From positions 4,464,001 to 4,528,000 of the forward strand of contig CM102288.1 of assembly GCA_046563655.1 (NCBI GenBank): a stretch of 64,000 bases of DNA, in the 5' to 3' direction. The stretch is from Yuukianura sp. NJ FZ-2021. Taxonomy: Eukaryota. This document shows positions 1 through 12,500 of the stretch, piece after piece. Each line of letters starts with the position of its first letter. Within the stretch, counting starts at the first letter, position 1. A program made the translations under genes and the position numbers. Under the pieces are notes generated by a model. That model saw only the letters and a list, made by a program, of their open reading frames with translations, had not been told where the DNA came from and did no database searches.

Positions 1-3000
1 GTGCATAACTTTTAGTTGGAAGTGGCCTAACCTAACGAAGGACTCCTGCAGAGGACACGGGTCAATTATTAATTTGAATTTCCCTCCAATTCTATTGTTT
101 CTCCTGCCCTTGCTGGAACTTTCGAAGCCTAATCCCTGTCCAGGAATTGTGAAGGCCTGGAATCCTTTGAGTTTTGAAAACGAGAGTTCAGAGTCATGCT
201 TTTGCTTGATCCTTCTGTGTGACTGGAGGGAATTTTGAATTGTGAATTGTGTCCAATTAGAGTCAAAAAGTCTGTGATTCAATATTTAGTTTCCATTCAT
301 AATTCCAAAAGACTACACTAATGCGCTTTGTCGTGTTCCGAGGAGAAAGGAGGAGGGAAAGTTTAAAAGGATTCCCGGGCTTCATTTGATTTCAAAAACT
401 GAAATTCAAAAGGAAGAAAACTCTATTAGAGATCCAAAAAGCGTCATTTGAATAATTTCAAAAAGCTTCCAGCTCCAGCCCCTCTCTGATTGTTGCAGTT
501 ACAAGAAAAGTGAACTAATTTCGTTTTCATTCTTGAATTCATACAAGATTCGATACAGAAATTTCTCTCGCTTTTCTTTTCAAGAGATGAAATTACTTGG
601 TTGGGCTTTTTTTGAAAAAAAAATTGTTCATATTTTGAAACTTTTATTTTATTTTCAGCTCCGGGAGGTTTTGGTTTGAAAAGCAAGATGAAATGGTTAG
701 TGCTGATGACGTTTGTGAGTTTGGGCAGTATGGGAACAGAGGTTGGAAGCAAGGTAAGCACAACTTTCTTTTCTAAAAACTTTTTTTTCTAAATTTTTTA
801 AGCCTCCAGTTGAATCACTTCCAGAAACCAAGTTCAATCACGCGGAAGAGAATTATCGTTTAAAATATTTCTTGTCCTCAAACTTTCACAAATTATTGGC
901 AAAATTTTTCCCTTTTCGAAATCTTACAAACCTCGGAGCTCAAAAACTTAAAATCTGGAGTAATTTTGGACAAAATAGGCCAGAAATTTTGAAATTCTCA
1001 AAATACATATTCTGAAATTAGGGCTGGAGGGTGAACGGACTTTGTTTGACTAGACGAAAGGATACAAATGATCTTGTATCCTAATTCCTTTTAATTAATT
1101 AGCAACAGTGAAAGTTCAAGTGAAGATGAGTCTGATTAATTCAAGTGTCATTAGAAAGTTCAAATGTCTTCCAGAGCACTAAACCTTAACATTAGCCTTA
1201 ATAACTTTCTCCTTCCAGACGGAAAAGCAAATGCGGAAAAGTCAAAATTCATTTTTGAAAATTTTGCCAAATTTCGTCTGTGCAAACTCGTTTTTGGGTT
1301 TTCGCTTGACATTGGCAAATTGAAATATTCAAAATGAGGTCGATTAGGAATTCCGTCTCCCTGCTAAAGCTAAGCTAAGCTATGCCTGCCTTGTGCGTAA
1401 TTCTAATTAATTCGGCACTTTCTCTACCCTCCGAATCTGGAACAACCAGCAGAAGCGCCTTTAATCTTTTGAATCTCCCGCCTCCGTCCACTTTCTCTCG
1501 CTTTCACTTTTTCTCACTTTCCCCAGGAAAAAACGCATGTAACATTGTAGAGCCAGCCAAGCCTAATTTCTTTACGAGGGAAGGGGGAGAAGTGTCGTAA
1601 ATACAAAAACAGTCCAAATTGCATCCAACAAAGAAGAATGGGGAAACATCTTACCACGTCAAACCTAACTTTAGTGCCTAACCCAGAGGAAATATCCAAC
1701 CAAAGCTAACAAAAACGCAAAACCATACACTATGCATGTTAACATAAATATCCTAACAAACGCTACCTATGTTATGTGAAAATCAAGTTAACTAGCGATT
1801 CTTTTCCAAAAGTTAGAGAAAGTTGGGCTTGACAAGACGAAACTATCATAACAATATAAAAACAGTTAGCCGTAACTTGGAAAACTCAGACATGTTTTTC
1901 TTAAAATTTTGAAATTTTGGAAACCTTTGAAGAAAAAGTGGAATGATGGTGAAAGTTGTTTTCGTTTTGAGAAATTGTGTTAATTTGAAACAAGTGTTAT
2001 TGAGCCATCGTAGTTATTTTGACGATGTCCATTTCTATTTTTCTTCTATTTTCTCTTTGGAGAGAGGAGATCATTTCCTGGGGGCAGAAAGCACTTGAGA
2101 GCTGAGATGTGGTTGGTTGCTTTGGAATTGGATTCCGTCCCAATTGAATTTCCCGTAAGGAATCCCATCAGGACGAAGGAGCATTCAGTTTTATGCGCTA
2201 CTTTTATACTTCCACCTAAAATTTGAATAACATCCACTTCCGGCCACTTTCCCCCGACTTTAACACGACCCCCGCCAGTGTGGGGGGCCGTATCTCCCCT
2301 CCCCATCTCCCACTTGCCTCAACAACCTCAATGGATCTCCCACCACCCACCCCATCGTAAAACTGTATCGGACTTTCCTGCTCCCCTCTTCAAAACTTTC
2401 ACCAGGAGTAATGGACTCTTGGTTCCCTCAAAATACCCGGGTTGTGGGTACGAATCCTACTCCAAGCACATTTCCATCTGAAAAATACCTGAAAGATAAA
2501 ATTACAAAAATATAATTTTGAAAAACAGAATAAAAATGACAAATAATTAGCCTATTTTCGGTTTCGTATTCATAGTTGAGTATTCATCCACTTTTTGCCC
2601 GCCAGGGAACCCCAATGCCCAGAGGGTTCGGGGAGTGCCCGAACCCTGCTGAGTTGTGTTTTGAACCTGTGCAGGGGGAGACGAAGACTTTTAGCGGAAA
2701 CTATTTATGGACTTTCCTGTCCCCACCTTCCCCGCCCCCTCTCGAGCGATGTCTGACGCTGTAAGTTGGTGGAAGCGAGTAGAGATGAGTGAGAGGGGAA
2801 GGATCCCGATGGAAGTCATCCATAAAAGCGGCGGGAGTGATCGAATTCTGTCCATATTTTACAAACTTAAGCTCCCTTCACTCTCCATTGGGTTCGTGAC
2901 GGGGAAAGGAGAGAAAGCACTGCATCAGACCATCACACACAAGAGACATGGAGGAGAGGCTCTCTTTAAACAATAGGCAAATCACTAACCTAGCACAAAT

Positions 3001-6000
3001 TCACTTTCGAATTTCCCCCTCCTCGTATCCAACCGAAGACAATGGAGATGTAAGGAAAAGCTTATCGGGGAGAGCAGTGAAAGTCCACTCAACAAAAAAC
3101 CCCGTTCGCCACTTCAAAATTTTCGAAAAAAAAGTTGCATGAAGTCCAAAATTTTGAAAAAAAAAAACTCAAAACCTTTATATCAGTTTCAGTCAGCTAC
3201 TTTTGTATTTCTTCTGGTCGAATTGTGTAGTAAAATTACAAAGTTTTAATTTTTTTTTATCAAAAACTAAGAATTTGGAATTTGGTATGCCATTTTCATA
3301 GTTTCAGATTCAAACAAAACTAAAAGTTGTTCGTAAGCACCTTCGGAAAGACTTGTGAAAGCGGGAGAATTTGAAAGAGAAAGTTGAGTTGGAATTGAGC
3401 ATGGGGACTTCTTATTGTTGCTGTTGTGGAAGACGGTGCTTTGTTTTAATGGGTATTATTTGGTGGGACTTTTAAATGAAAATGTCCCTTAAAGGGCTCC
3501 AGCACACTTTGGGTCCTTGATGAACGTTGTTTGTGGGTTTGGTGTTCGGTTGGAGACGAGACTTGGTTTGGAATGGAAATGGTCTTCCTTGAGCCAAGCA
3601 GAAGCGGGAAAAATAGTCCAAGTCCAAATTGAATTTGGGAAATGACTTTGTGCTAATGGGACTTTCACTTTCATATTTCCCAGTAATTTCCATAGGAACA
3701 AAGGAGGCAGTGGATGGGACCATTACAGTAGTCTAAAGAGTCCCACACATTACAGTTCCAGGCGCCCCTTCCAGAAAACCAACCTAAAACTATGTCAATT
3801 GACCACATAAAACTTCCCTGTCCCAAACGTGACCAAATTAACAAACAAAATTTTCACTCAATTCTTTCCTCATTTCATTTCCAGTTCTGTTTTTACTAGG
3901 CACAGCCTGGTACGAATCTCATAAATTATAACATTTCAAAAAAAAATTGTCAATTTTCTGCTTTGTCGAAAATTTTGATCATTTCACGCCACAAACAAAG
4001 AGAAAGTTGAAAGGAGAAATGATTTTTCCATTTTTCATTTTTTTTTGAAGAATCGTAATGTGACAGATTGGAAAAGAGAAAGAACATGAAAGGTTTTGCT
4101 TTGAAGTGAAAGTGAAGTAAGGAAGTGGGGCGGGTGGGACGTGGGGTGGTGGGGCCTTACGAGTGGTGGGGCCGTGGGGCAGGGGTGATTATGTTAATGG
4201 GTCACTGACGTGACATCTCAATTCCCAAGTGACATGTCGACTGTCGGAATGGGATTTATGACTTCCCGCCTTAATGCTCTCATCCCTTCTGCTTCCATCT
4301 TTAATTCTAACATCTTGTGTGCCTTCCAGAAGGTCCCACTTTCCCCATCATTCAGATTAGACCTAAAAGGCTGTTTATGGAGGGACTTAAGGGCTCCAGT
4401 GTCCTCGAGGCTGTCAGGTTGGTTGGTCGTTTGATGTGGGATTTAAGTGGATGAGCAGAAGGGAGTAACTATCGCACTTTAGGCCAAAATCGTTTTTTCA
4501 AAATCCACCCTCCGCTTTCCTTGGATTTTTTTACTAGTGAGGAAGAGAAAGTAAACGAAAAGGAGAATGGAGAAAAAAGCGATTTCCAATGACTTGTGCT
4601 GACACAAGCAAAATATAAAAAAAGAGAAAGGAGGAATCTCATCCACTAAATTTTTGTCAAATTCATCAAAACTTTGGTACCAAAACTATCGAAATTTTTT
4701 TTCGATCATTTGACTTATCTTGGTTTGATTTGATACCGTTCACATTTCGTCTGAAATTTCCGATAATACAATTTTCCTTTGCAGGTTACTGTACAATTCA
4801 GTACTCCATCAGGTTTAAGGCTTGTTGTTGCCAATTCTTTTGAAACTTGGTAATTTTTCAAAAATAATTCTGTTTTTCAAATTTTTTTTTGAAAAGTAGT
4901 AAATCTTTAGATTTTGAAAACATGTCTGCTGTCAAAATCAGACCCGCACTGTCTTTGTTATGAAACTAAAATTTTTGGAATTGTTTGTTGTCTTTTGATT
5001 CTGTGAGGACTTTCACATCTCATCCTCCAAATCAAATGATTTTCTCTAATAGACTCTCCATTGTCCTCCCAGTCCTTTGTCCCTTCAGCTCCAGGGTCTC
5101 TACAGACACAAAGCATCTTCTGGGAGGCTTTGTTAGGTTAGGCTAGGCAAAGGGCCCTGCACCCTTTGTTCATCCAGTTCCAGTCCAGTCGCACTATCTC
5201 AAGGGGTCACATGAAGTCGCTCTTAGCACTACTATTTCAAGTCTCCGCTCTAATGAGAAAACTTCTCAACTTTTGTTTTTTTTTCTCATTCATTTTGAAA
5301 AAAAGTAAACAAACGGCTAATGGAAGACAGAGATATCCGTTAGGCGGAAGTCATTGTTTTCTTCATTTCCACTATTTACACAGAAAACCACAAACTCTTT
5401 TCAAACTGAGGTCAAAAAGACAACATTTTCAAAAAGTAGAGACCCTTCCAAAAATGTCTTTTTGGAATGTGGAAAGTTGGATATTTTGAAAACAGGACTT
5501 TTTTTTTTAGAGTTAGAGCATTTGTGTTGGTGATGGTCATGATTAGAAAATATGGGAGAAAGTAAGAGACTGAAGGCGGGAAGTGTTAGGATTGATTGGT
5601 TTTTGTAATGGAGAGAAAGTGTGACTTGACCTCTGGGGTCACTCCTTCCCCCATCCGTCTCCATAAAGAAAGTGCTGAGTGGACAGAGGGGGGGGGCTTT
5701 TTAGTCCCAGACCCCCCTCCCCCTACGGACCATCTTTCGTAATTCCCAAAGAGTTCAGAGGGGGAATCTCATCCATCAGGATGAATGTCCACAAGACTGC
5801 CACCACTCTCCTAAACAAACAAAACTTCACAAATACAATTAGGATCCACCCAAAATAACAACCCACGACAGAGACAGACCCACCGCCCCACCCCACCACT
5901 TTGACCCACCAACCACAACAGGGTGGGGCTCAGCGAAAGTCCATTTTCACTAACTAGCTGAACTGAAGTTCAAATTTTTTGAACCTATTTTCTGACGCTT

Positions 6001-9000
6001 TTTTTTCGAATGGCGTCGAATTTCTCAATTTTTTGGAGAAAGTTCGGACTGTTTTTTGTGTTTGAAATGTTGCATGCTTTCTCATGATCTTTCGGTAGGT
6101 CTTGTCATTGGCTGTGCTGGATTGGCAACTTTTTGAGTTACACAAAATTGCATTTGACACAATTGCAGTTTTCTAGATGTCTTCCATACGTCCCTGAAGA
6201 GATACAAAGTTTTAGTAAGTTTTGTGTGTGAGTTGGATTTGTTAGACTGATGTGAGATCATGGATTCCCATTGAGTTTTGTCATGGAGTGCCAAATGACT
6301 CGAGATAAGGCTCCCTCCAAACCACACTTTATTTTATCCTCTCCTTTCTCCATTAAGGCTCCACACACACTGAACCATGTACCCTTAAACCCTTAGCATG
6401 TACCCTTAAACCCCATTAGGGGTCAACACATCCACACCCCAGATTAGGCTCCCTAACCCCCTCTTTAGTATTCCACACTTGGGGTAAAGCAGCTTTAGCT
6501 AAGGCTAACCCAACAAACCTAATCTAACAACGTTAGAGGAGGATGGAGTGAAAATGTGGGTCACTTTAGGCTGAAACGCTCCATTTGGAACCACTTTGCG
6601 GGTCATTGCTCTCCTTGAGCCTCAGAATCTACAGTTCCAGAGTTACTGGATCCAGTGGATTTTGGTAAATTTTGAAGATTATGGTAAAATTGGAAACAAA
6701 CTGATGGGAAGTGGAAATGGAGGAGGAAGTGGAAGTTGGTAAAATTCTATTGATTTTGTCATTAGCCCAACCTCACTCCTCTCTCCATCTCTCCCGTTCT
6801 TCGTCTTTTCTCTTGTTTGGAGATGGGAATTGGAAGGGAAAGATTAGAGACACAAATCCGCCTTTCGCCCGTTTTCTGTCTCTCTTTCCAAAGAGAAAAC
6901 TAAATTCAAACAGTTTTTGGAAAGAGCAATTTTTCAAACAAAAAAAAACGGGAAATAAGCCACAGAGAAACGCTGAAGTGAAAAGAAAAGCTCTAATCAG
7001 TCGCAGGAATTTAGAGACGGAGACACCAAAAACGCCGAATCAAAAAATTCGGTTTTTTCGTTCCATGAAAAAGATTTGAAATTAGTTTTCTGCATTCTTC
7101 TTAGTGTATCATTTTTGTGATGGTCACTTGCTGTTTTGTTACGGTTTGTGAAATTCAATTTTAAAAATTTTGAAAAGTCTGATGTTAATTTTTTTTAAAA
7201 TAAGATTGTGTAAATTTTGGATTCGTAGAATATTTTGAAAAGTGGAACTCGTGCCCTAAATGTAAATGGAGTTGTAGGAAATAGTAATTTTGGTCCTTCG
7301 TGAGTCTCTGTGTTCCCCTTGAGTGGGATGTTGGACTTGTCTTGTTTAATTAGTGAAGTGATGGGTGAGAAGAAGTTAATTTCCATTGCTAAGTAACTCT
7401 ATACTTTCCCTTCCCCCTTTCCCACTTCTAGAAGTGCAGGGGAAATGAAGATGTAAAGACTTCATTAAATGGGAAAGTGGCCTCTGAGTCAGAAGACACT
7501 TTCCTAATAATCATAATTTCAAAACTAAATCAAACTAACTCCACTCTTCTTCCACTCAAACTTCATAATCGCTCCTCTTTTCTTCCAAACTTTCTCTTTT
7601 GTTAGTTTCAGAAAGTTAAGTTATTTAGTTAGTTATTTAAGTTTAGTTTTTGTCTTTTACTCGTACTTTCATACCCAACCACAATTTGGCAGAGAGGCTC
7701 ATTCAGAATTTAAAACAGTCGAGACTTTCCCGCACTTTCTCCAGTTTGCCACATGCAGAAAAAACACAACTTTCTCCTCCTCAACCAAACTAACACACTT
7801 TATGCAAACACACTTCCCAAAGAAAGTTTTTTTTTCAACAAAAAAGTAAAGAAAAGATGAGTTACGCAACTTTCCAAATCTGGGACACAATCCTTACTTC
7901 AATTTGGATTTTCTGGGTAAATTCAATTTCATCCACGTTTTTCGATTTTTCCAAAATTTTTGGAAAGTTTCCCTCCAAACATTTTTTCTTGGGAAACTTT
8001 AGAAAAACCTTAGTTTTCACATTCAAGATTTGTCCATACTTTACGATTTAGAACATGTTAAAATCCTTGATTTTAAGTTTTAATTTTTTCAAAGTTACAC
8101 CGCAGGCTGTTTAGAAAAAAACACGTTTTTGCTTCCGGGAATTTTTGAATTTTACTTTTCTTGGACTTTTACTTTTGTGAATTTCACTTTTTGTTAGACT
8201 TTTGTGAATTTTGGTTTTATGAAGTTCACTTTTGAAGAAGAGAGGAGATTTGTTTGAAATTTATTTCCTCCTCTCTCTCCATGCTCCACTTCCCCATATT
8301 TTATTTATGGTTTTCAAAATATGAATTCCAAAAGAAGATAATTCAGTGTGGAGATCTACGCAAAAGAGAAAAGGAGCCTCAGAATATTAAAAGAGACTCC
8401 AAACCATATAAACCACACCAAAAGTTTAAAGTTTAGCTTAAGGCATGCGCAAGTTGCCAAAAACTTCCAGTACTAGTGCTTCAGGAAAGTTCAAAATTCA
8501 AACTTTCACCTGAGCAAATCCGATTTGTCTTCTCCTCTCCTCTCCAAAGTCTCTCTCAAGAACTTTTTATTTTTTGTTACTCTCTCCGTTATATTTGAGA
8601 TTTTGAAAAACTCTTTTCTAAAGTTGAATTCAAGTTAAATAAATCAAGAATTGTTCCCTCCATTGTAATTTGAAAGGAACCAGGAAAACTCTTGGATTCG
8701 GTGAAAAGAAAAAAAAAGAGGGAAGATGGATTTGAATCTCCGCGCTGCATTTCACTTTGACTTTCACCAGAAGAGATAGATTCGTTTTGAATGAAACGAC
8801 CTTGTTCCATTCTTAATCTAAACTGCTTTGCTTTTTTTAAGAAAAAAAAGTTTGAAAAATGGGATTTTTGGAAGGAAAAGAGCACAGAGGGAAATAGCGA
8901 AATGATGATGCGGAAGTGAAAGTGAATAGAAACCAATTTGTCTCCTGATTCACTCCAATTTTCATAAAATTTGGAAAGAAGTTTGTTATTTCACGCCAAG

Positions 9001-9571
9001 ATTTTATCCTGAAGTGAACATTAGACAGTTTGTCACTTTCTTCTTTATTATATTCTGACCTTAACTTTCACCATGGTCATTCACTTTAGCCTTGCGAGGT
9101 CACTGACCTTTGACTTTCCAAAATTCCATTTAAGAGAACCTTTGCAATTTTTTGGCAGTTCCACTAATGATTTCTCTGTTTTTGGATTTGTTACTCAATT
9201 TTGGCTGTGGTTTAGGTTCCTGTAAAGCTCCTTTCTCTTACATTTTCAGGATGTTTCCATCGTAAATCAAAATGTAGAAAACACTCAAATTCATCTTCAT
9301 CCTCCAAATTCCTGCTTTGGAACAGAGGAATGACTGAGATTTCTCGTTTTGTGGCACAAGCACAACCGCATTTCCTCCTTTTCTTCTGCGAGTTCCATTG
9401 GAACCCGGGGAAAAGCCGGATTCCATTTGTCGGTTTTTCGGATTTTTTCTTCCGTATTCCTGCTAAAAGTTGATTGAGATTGGATGTTTCGGAAGAAGAG
9501 CAATTCCGGAAATGTCTCTGCACAGTTGGAATTAATTCGTCTCCTTCTTTTGTTTGTATTTTTCATTTCAG

Positions 9572-12500
9572 CGGATCTCCAGACATCATCGACTTATCAG
9601 TGATCAACTCCAGACCGACGACCAAACTGCCAGAACACAGCATTCCACTGATGGTAACCTGAAAATCACAAAGTTAAACAGAAAATTCACAATTCTTTTT
9701 TTAGCAGGTCAAAGGTCAAAAGTGTGCGAGGGTTGGTGGTGTGGCCACGGGAAGGAGTGTCAGCTAGGAAGTAATGGCTTACCAGAATGTGTTTGCAAGG
9801 ACCACTGTCCGGAAACTGACGATGATCGGCGACTGTGTGGTTCCGACGGTCACTTCTACTCCAGTTCATGTGAACTTCATCGAAAAGCGTGTTTGACCAA
9901 TCAGGTCATTACAATTGACACACTTGGTTTCGCATGTCGTCATACCGAAACACAGTCAACACCGAAACCGAAAGATCCGGATCCGCCGTCACCTCACTTT
10001 TACGCCACCTATGAAAAGGAGCTGATTCTCGATAATCACGGTAAGGCAAAACTCCATAGGTCTGGTTGGCAATTTCATGTGATTGAGAACGTTTCGTCAA
10101 CCATTGACATGACATTAGAGAAATTTTGAAATTTATGAGCCAATCATATTCCCTCCCTTTAACGAACCGAATCGCACACCAATTGCATTCTTTTGTCGAA
10201 CCATGGATTGACGATTCCGGTTTTCATCAGGAATTTTCGTTTTCTTCGTTCGTTCTTTGTTTTTTTTTGTCTTGTGACACATAGGAAATCCTTCCAGAAT
10301 GTTGCTGTGAAACTTGTGACGAGCGACATTTTGGAAAGCTAGCTTTCCCCAGAAGACGCAGGACTTTTTTTGAAATTTTATTTTATTTTTTATAAAGTTC
10401 CAAAACACGAAGGTTGACTTTTGTATTTGAAAATATTGGAGAGGCTGTCCATGTTCCTCGTCGTCGCTTTTCTCGTCTCCTGTCTCACAACTTCCAGTAC
10501 TTTTGGATCCATCTCACACTTTCACTCCAGAGCTCAATCCTTTGAGTCCCGAGAAAGTTTGTACCTCAGGAAGCAATAGAGGAAGTGAACCCAGTTAAAA
10601 ATCGAATCTCCCCAATAATTCAACTTCCACTTTCCAACTTTCCATCAAATGTCACTTTCCATCACAATTCACTCAAAAGTCAACCAAACTCAAAGGATCA
10701 CACGTCAAAGTTCTATTATACCTTGGAAATCCAATTCACAAGGACTACACACTTTACAGCGTCTCATAAAAAACTTATTTTTCGGTTTTTGTTTTCAGTT
10801 GGTTCGAATTTTTCAAGTTTTGTTTCTATTTTGACGTTTTCGCAACGTGTGACAATTTTTATTTGTTGCGGCTCAAGCTGCTCGAGGAGTTCGAGAGTTC
10901 TTCCAATCTTAACAAAATTCTTTCGATTTTAAAAATCATTTTCGAACTAAAACAAGATTTCAGAGGGTTTCGGCTTATTTCTAAAAATATGTATATGAAT
11001 GGAAAAAAAATGTACATAATGTTATGTATTATGCTTATTTTTGACGTCTGTTCTAGGGCAGTGGAAAGAATCGTATCTATTCCCATTCGAAACATTTTTG
11101 GTGTTTGATCCGCATAGAATTTTCGATTGGCGTAGAAATTCTTTATAATTTTTCCTTTCTTTTTGCTTTTTTCCTCTGTTTGAATTTATTTTGATGCTAA
11201 AAGTTTGAAAATTAAAAAAGGTACGTTTGTTGCTCAGTGTTTGATAAAAAGTTGTATTTGAGAAGTGAAAGTAGAAAGGAAGTGGAGTTTTTGTCTACTT
11301 TATTATTCATAGGAGCCTATTTTTTATATTTCCAAGTACTAGAACGAATCTTACGTGTTTTTGGAAGGGCTTAGCATTCCTTGAAGCCATTTCCGCTGTC
11401 GACACGACCCTCTGAAGCTCTTAACTTATTTTTCATCTTCTAAAAAAGTAGTGAAAAGTGGAATTGTTGGAAGGAGGACCAAGGCACACCATTTCCCCAT
11501 CAGATAATTCATAAAGAAAAGGATTTCACACATGAGAGAAAGCATAAAGTTAACTAAACCTCTTCGTCATATTTGTTCAAAGGAGAAAGTACGGAGGGAA
11601 AGGAGAATAAAATTACAAACAATCATAAATTCATAACACAAAAAAGTAATGGAACAGACGAGACAAGAAAATGGGACAAAAGAAATTCTGAGAAAGAATT
11701 CAAAATGGAAAGCCTTTTTAATAGTTTTTTGAAACATTAAAAACTAGAAAGAAGAAAGACGAGAATCCTAATTAATCAAATTCACTTTCTCTTTCTGACT
11801 TTTCTGAGTTTTAGTCAGCTACTAGTTTAGTAGTTATTCTGTTGGCATTAGCTCAGCTCATAAACCATCCGTCCAAATAAAACTTTTAGTCAAACTTTCT
11901 TATTTCTTTAGTCTTATAGTCCTTTATGATAGACTTTCTCCATGGTATTTTTTCTCTAATGGTAGCCTTATTTCTTGCTGTTCATAATGTTTTCTTGGAA
12001 TCTGTTCAAATGTTGAGGACTTGCCGAAGAAGGTCACCAACTTTACTAAAAAGACTAAAGTTTTGACGTTAGAAATTCCAAAAACGTTTTCTCTCCAAAC
12101 CGTGTCTATTTCGCAAAGTAAAAAGTAGGCGATGCAGCCGTTAGCAATTTTTATGCCTTTTTCTTTTGCTTTTTTGGAACAACTATCCGCACTATGCCTC
12201 TCACTTCTTTTTCTTCGCCAAGAGTTTGTTTTTGCAAAAAAACGAAAAGAAGCCCTTCGTGAGTCGAATATCGAACAAATAGAAACTTTTTTTTTAGCGA
12301 AAGAGGAAATAAAGCTCAATTCCAAATTTATTTTCTTTTTGTCGATTCCTTTCACTTCAATTTTTACTACCTTTCTCTTCCCCTCTTAACTTTAAATGTA
12401 CTAAAATGTGTTGTTTTTCCGTTCGGTTTTTTGAAACTGTAAGTTGTTTTTGCAATTTAACATAAAAAATTGGAAATATAAAGTAATTCTAGAGGGAAAG

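Noticed and set aside
1..9500. Short ORFs and a possible FSTL signal-peptide exon
   Set aside because: The ORFs are K/F/L-rich products of AT-rich DNA. Candidate exons (e.g. about 4785-4849) could not be joined convincingly to 9572.
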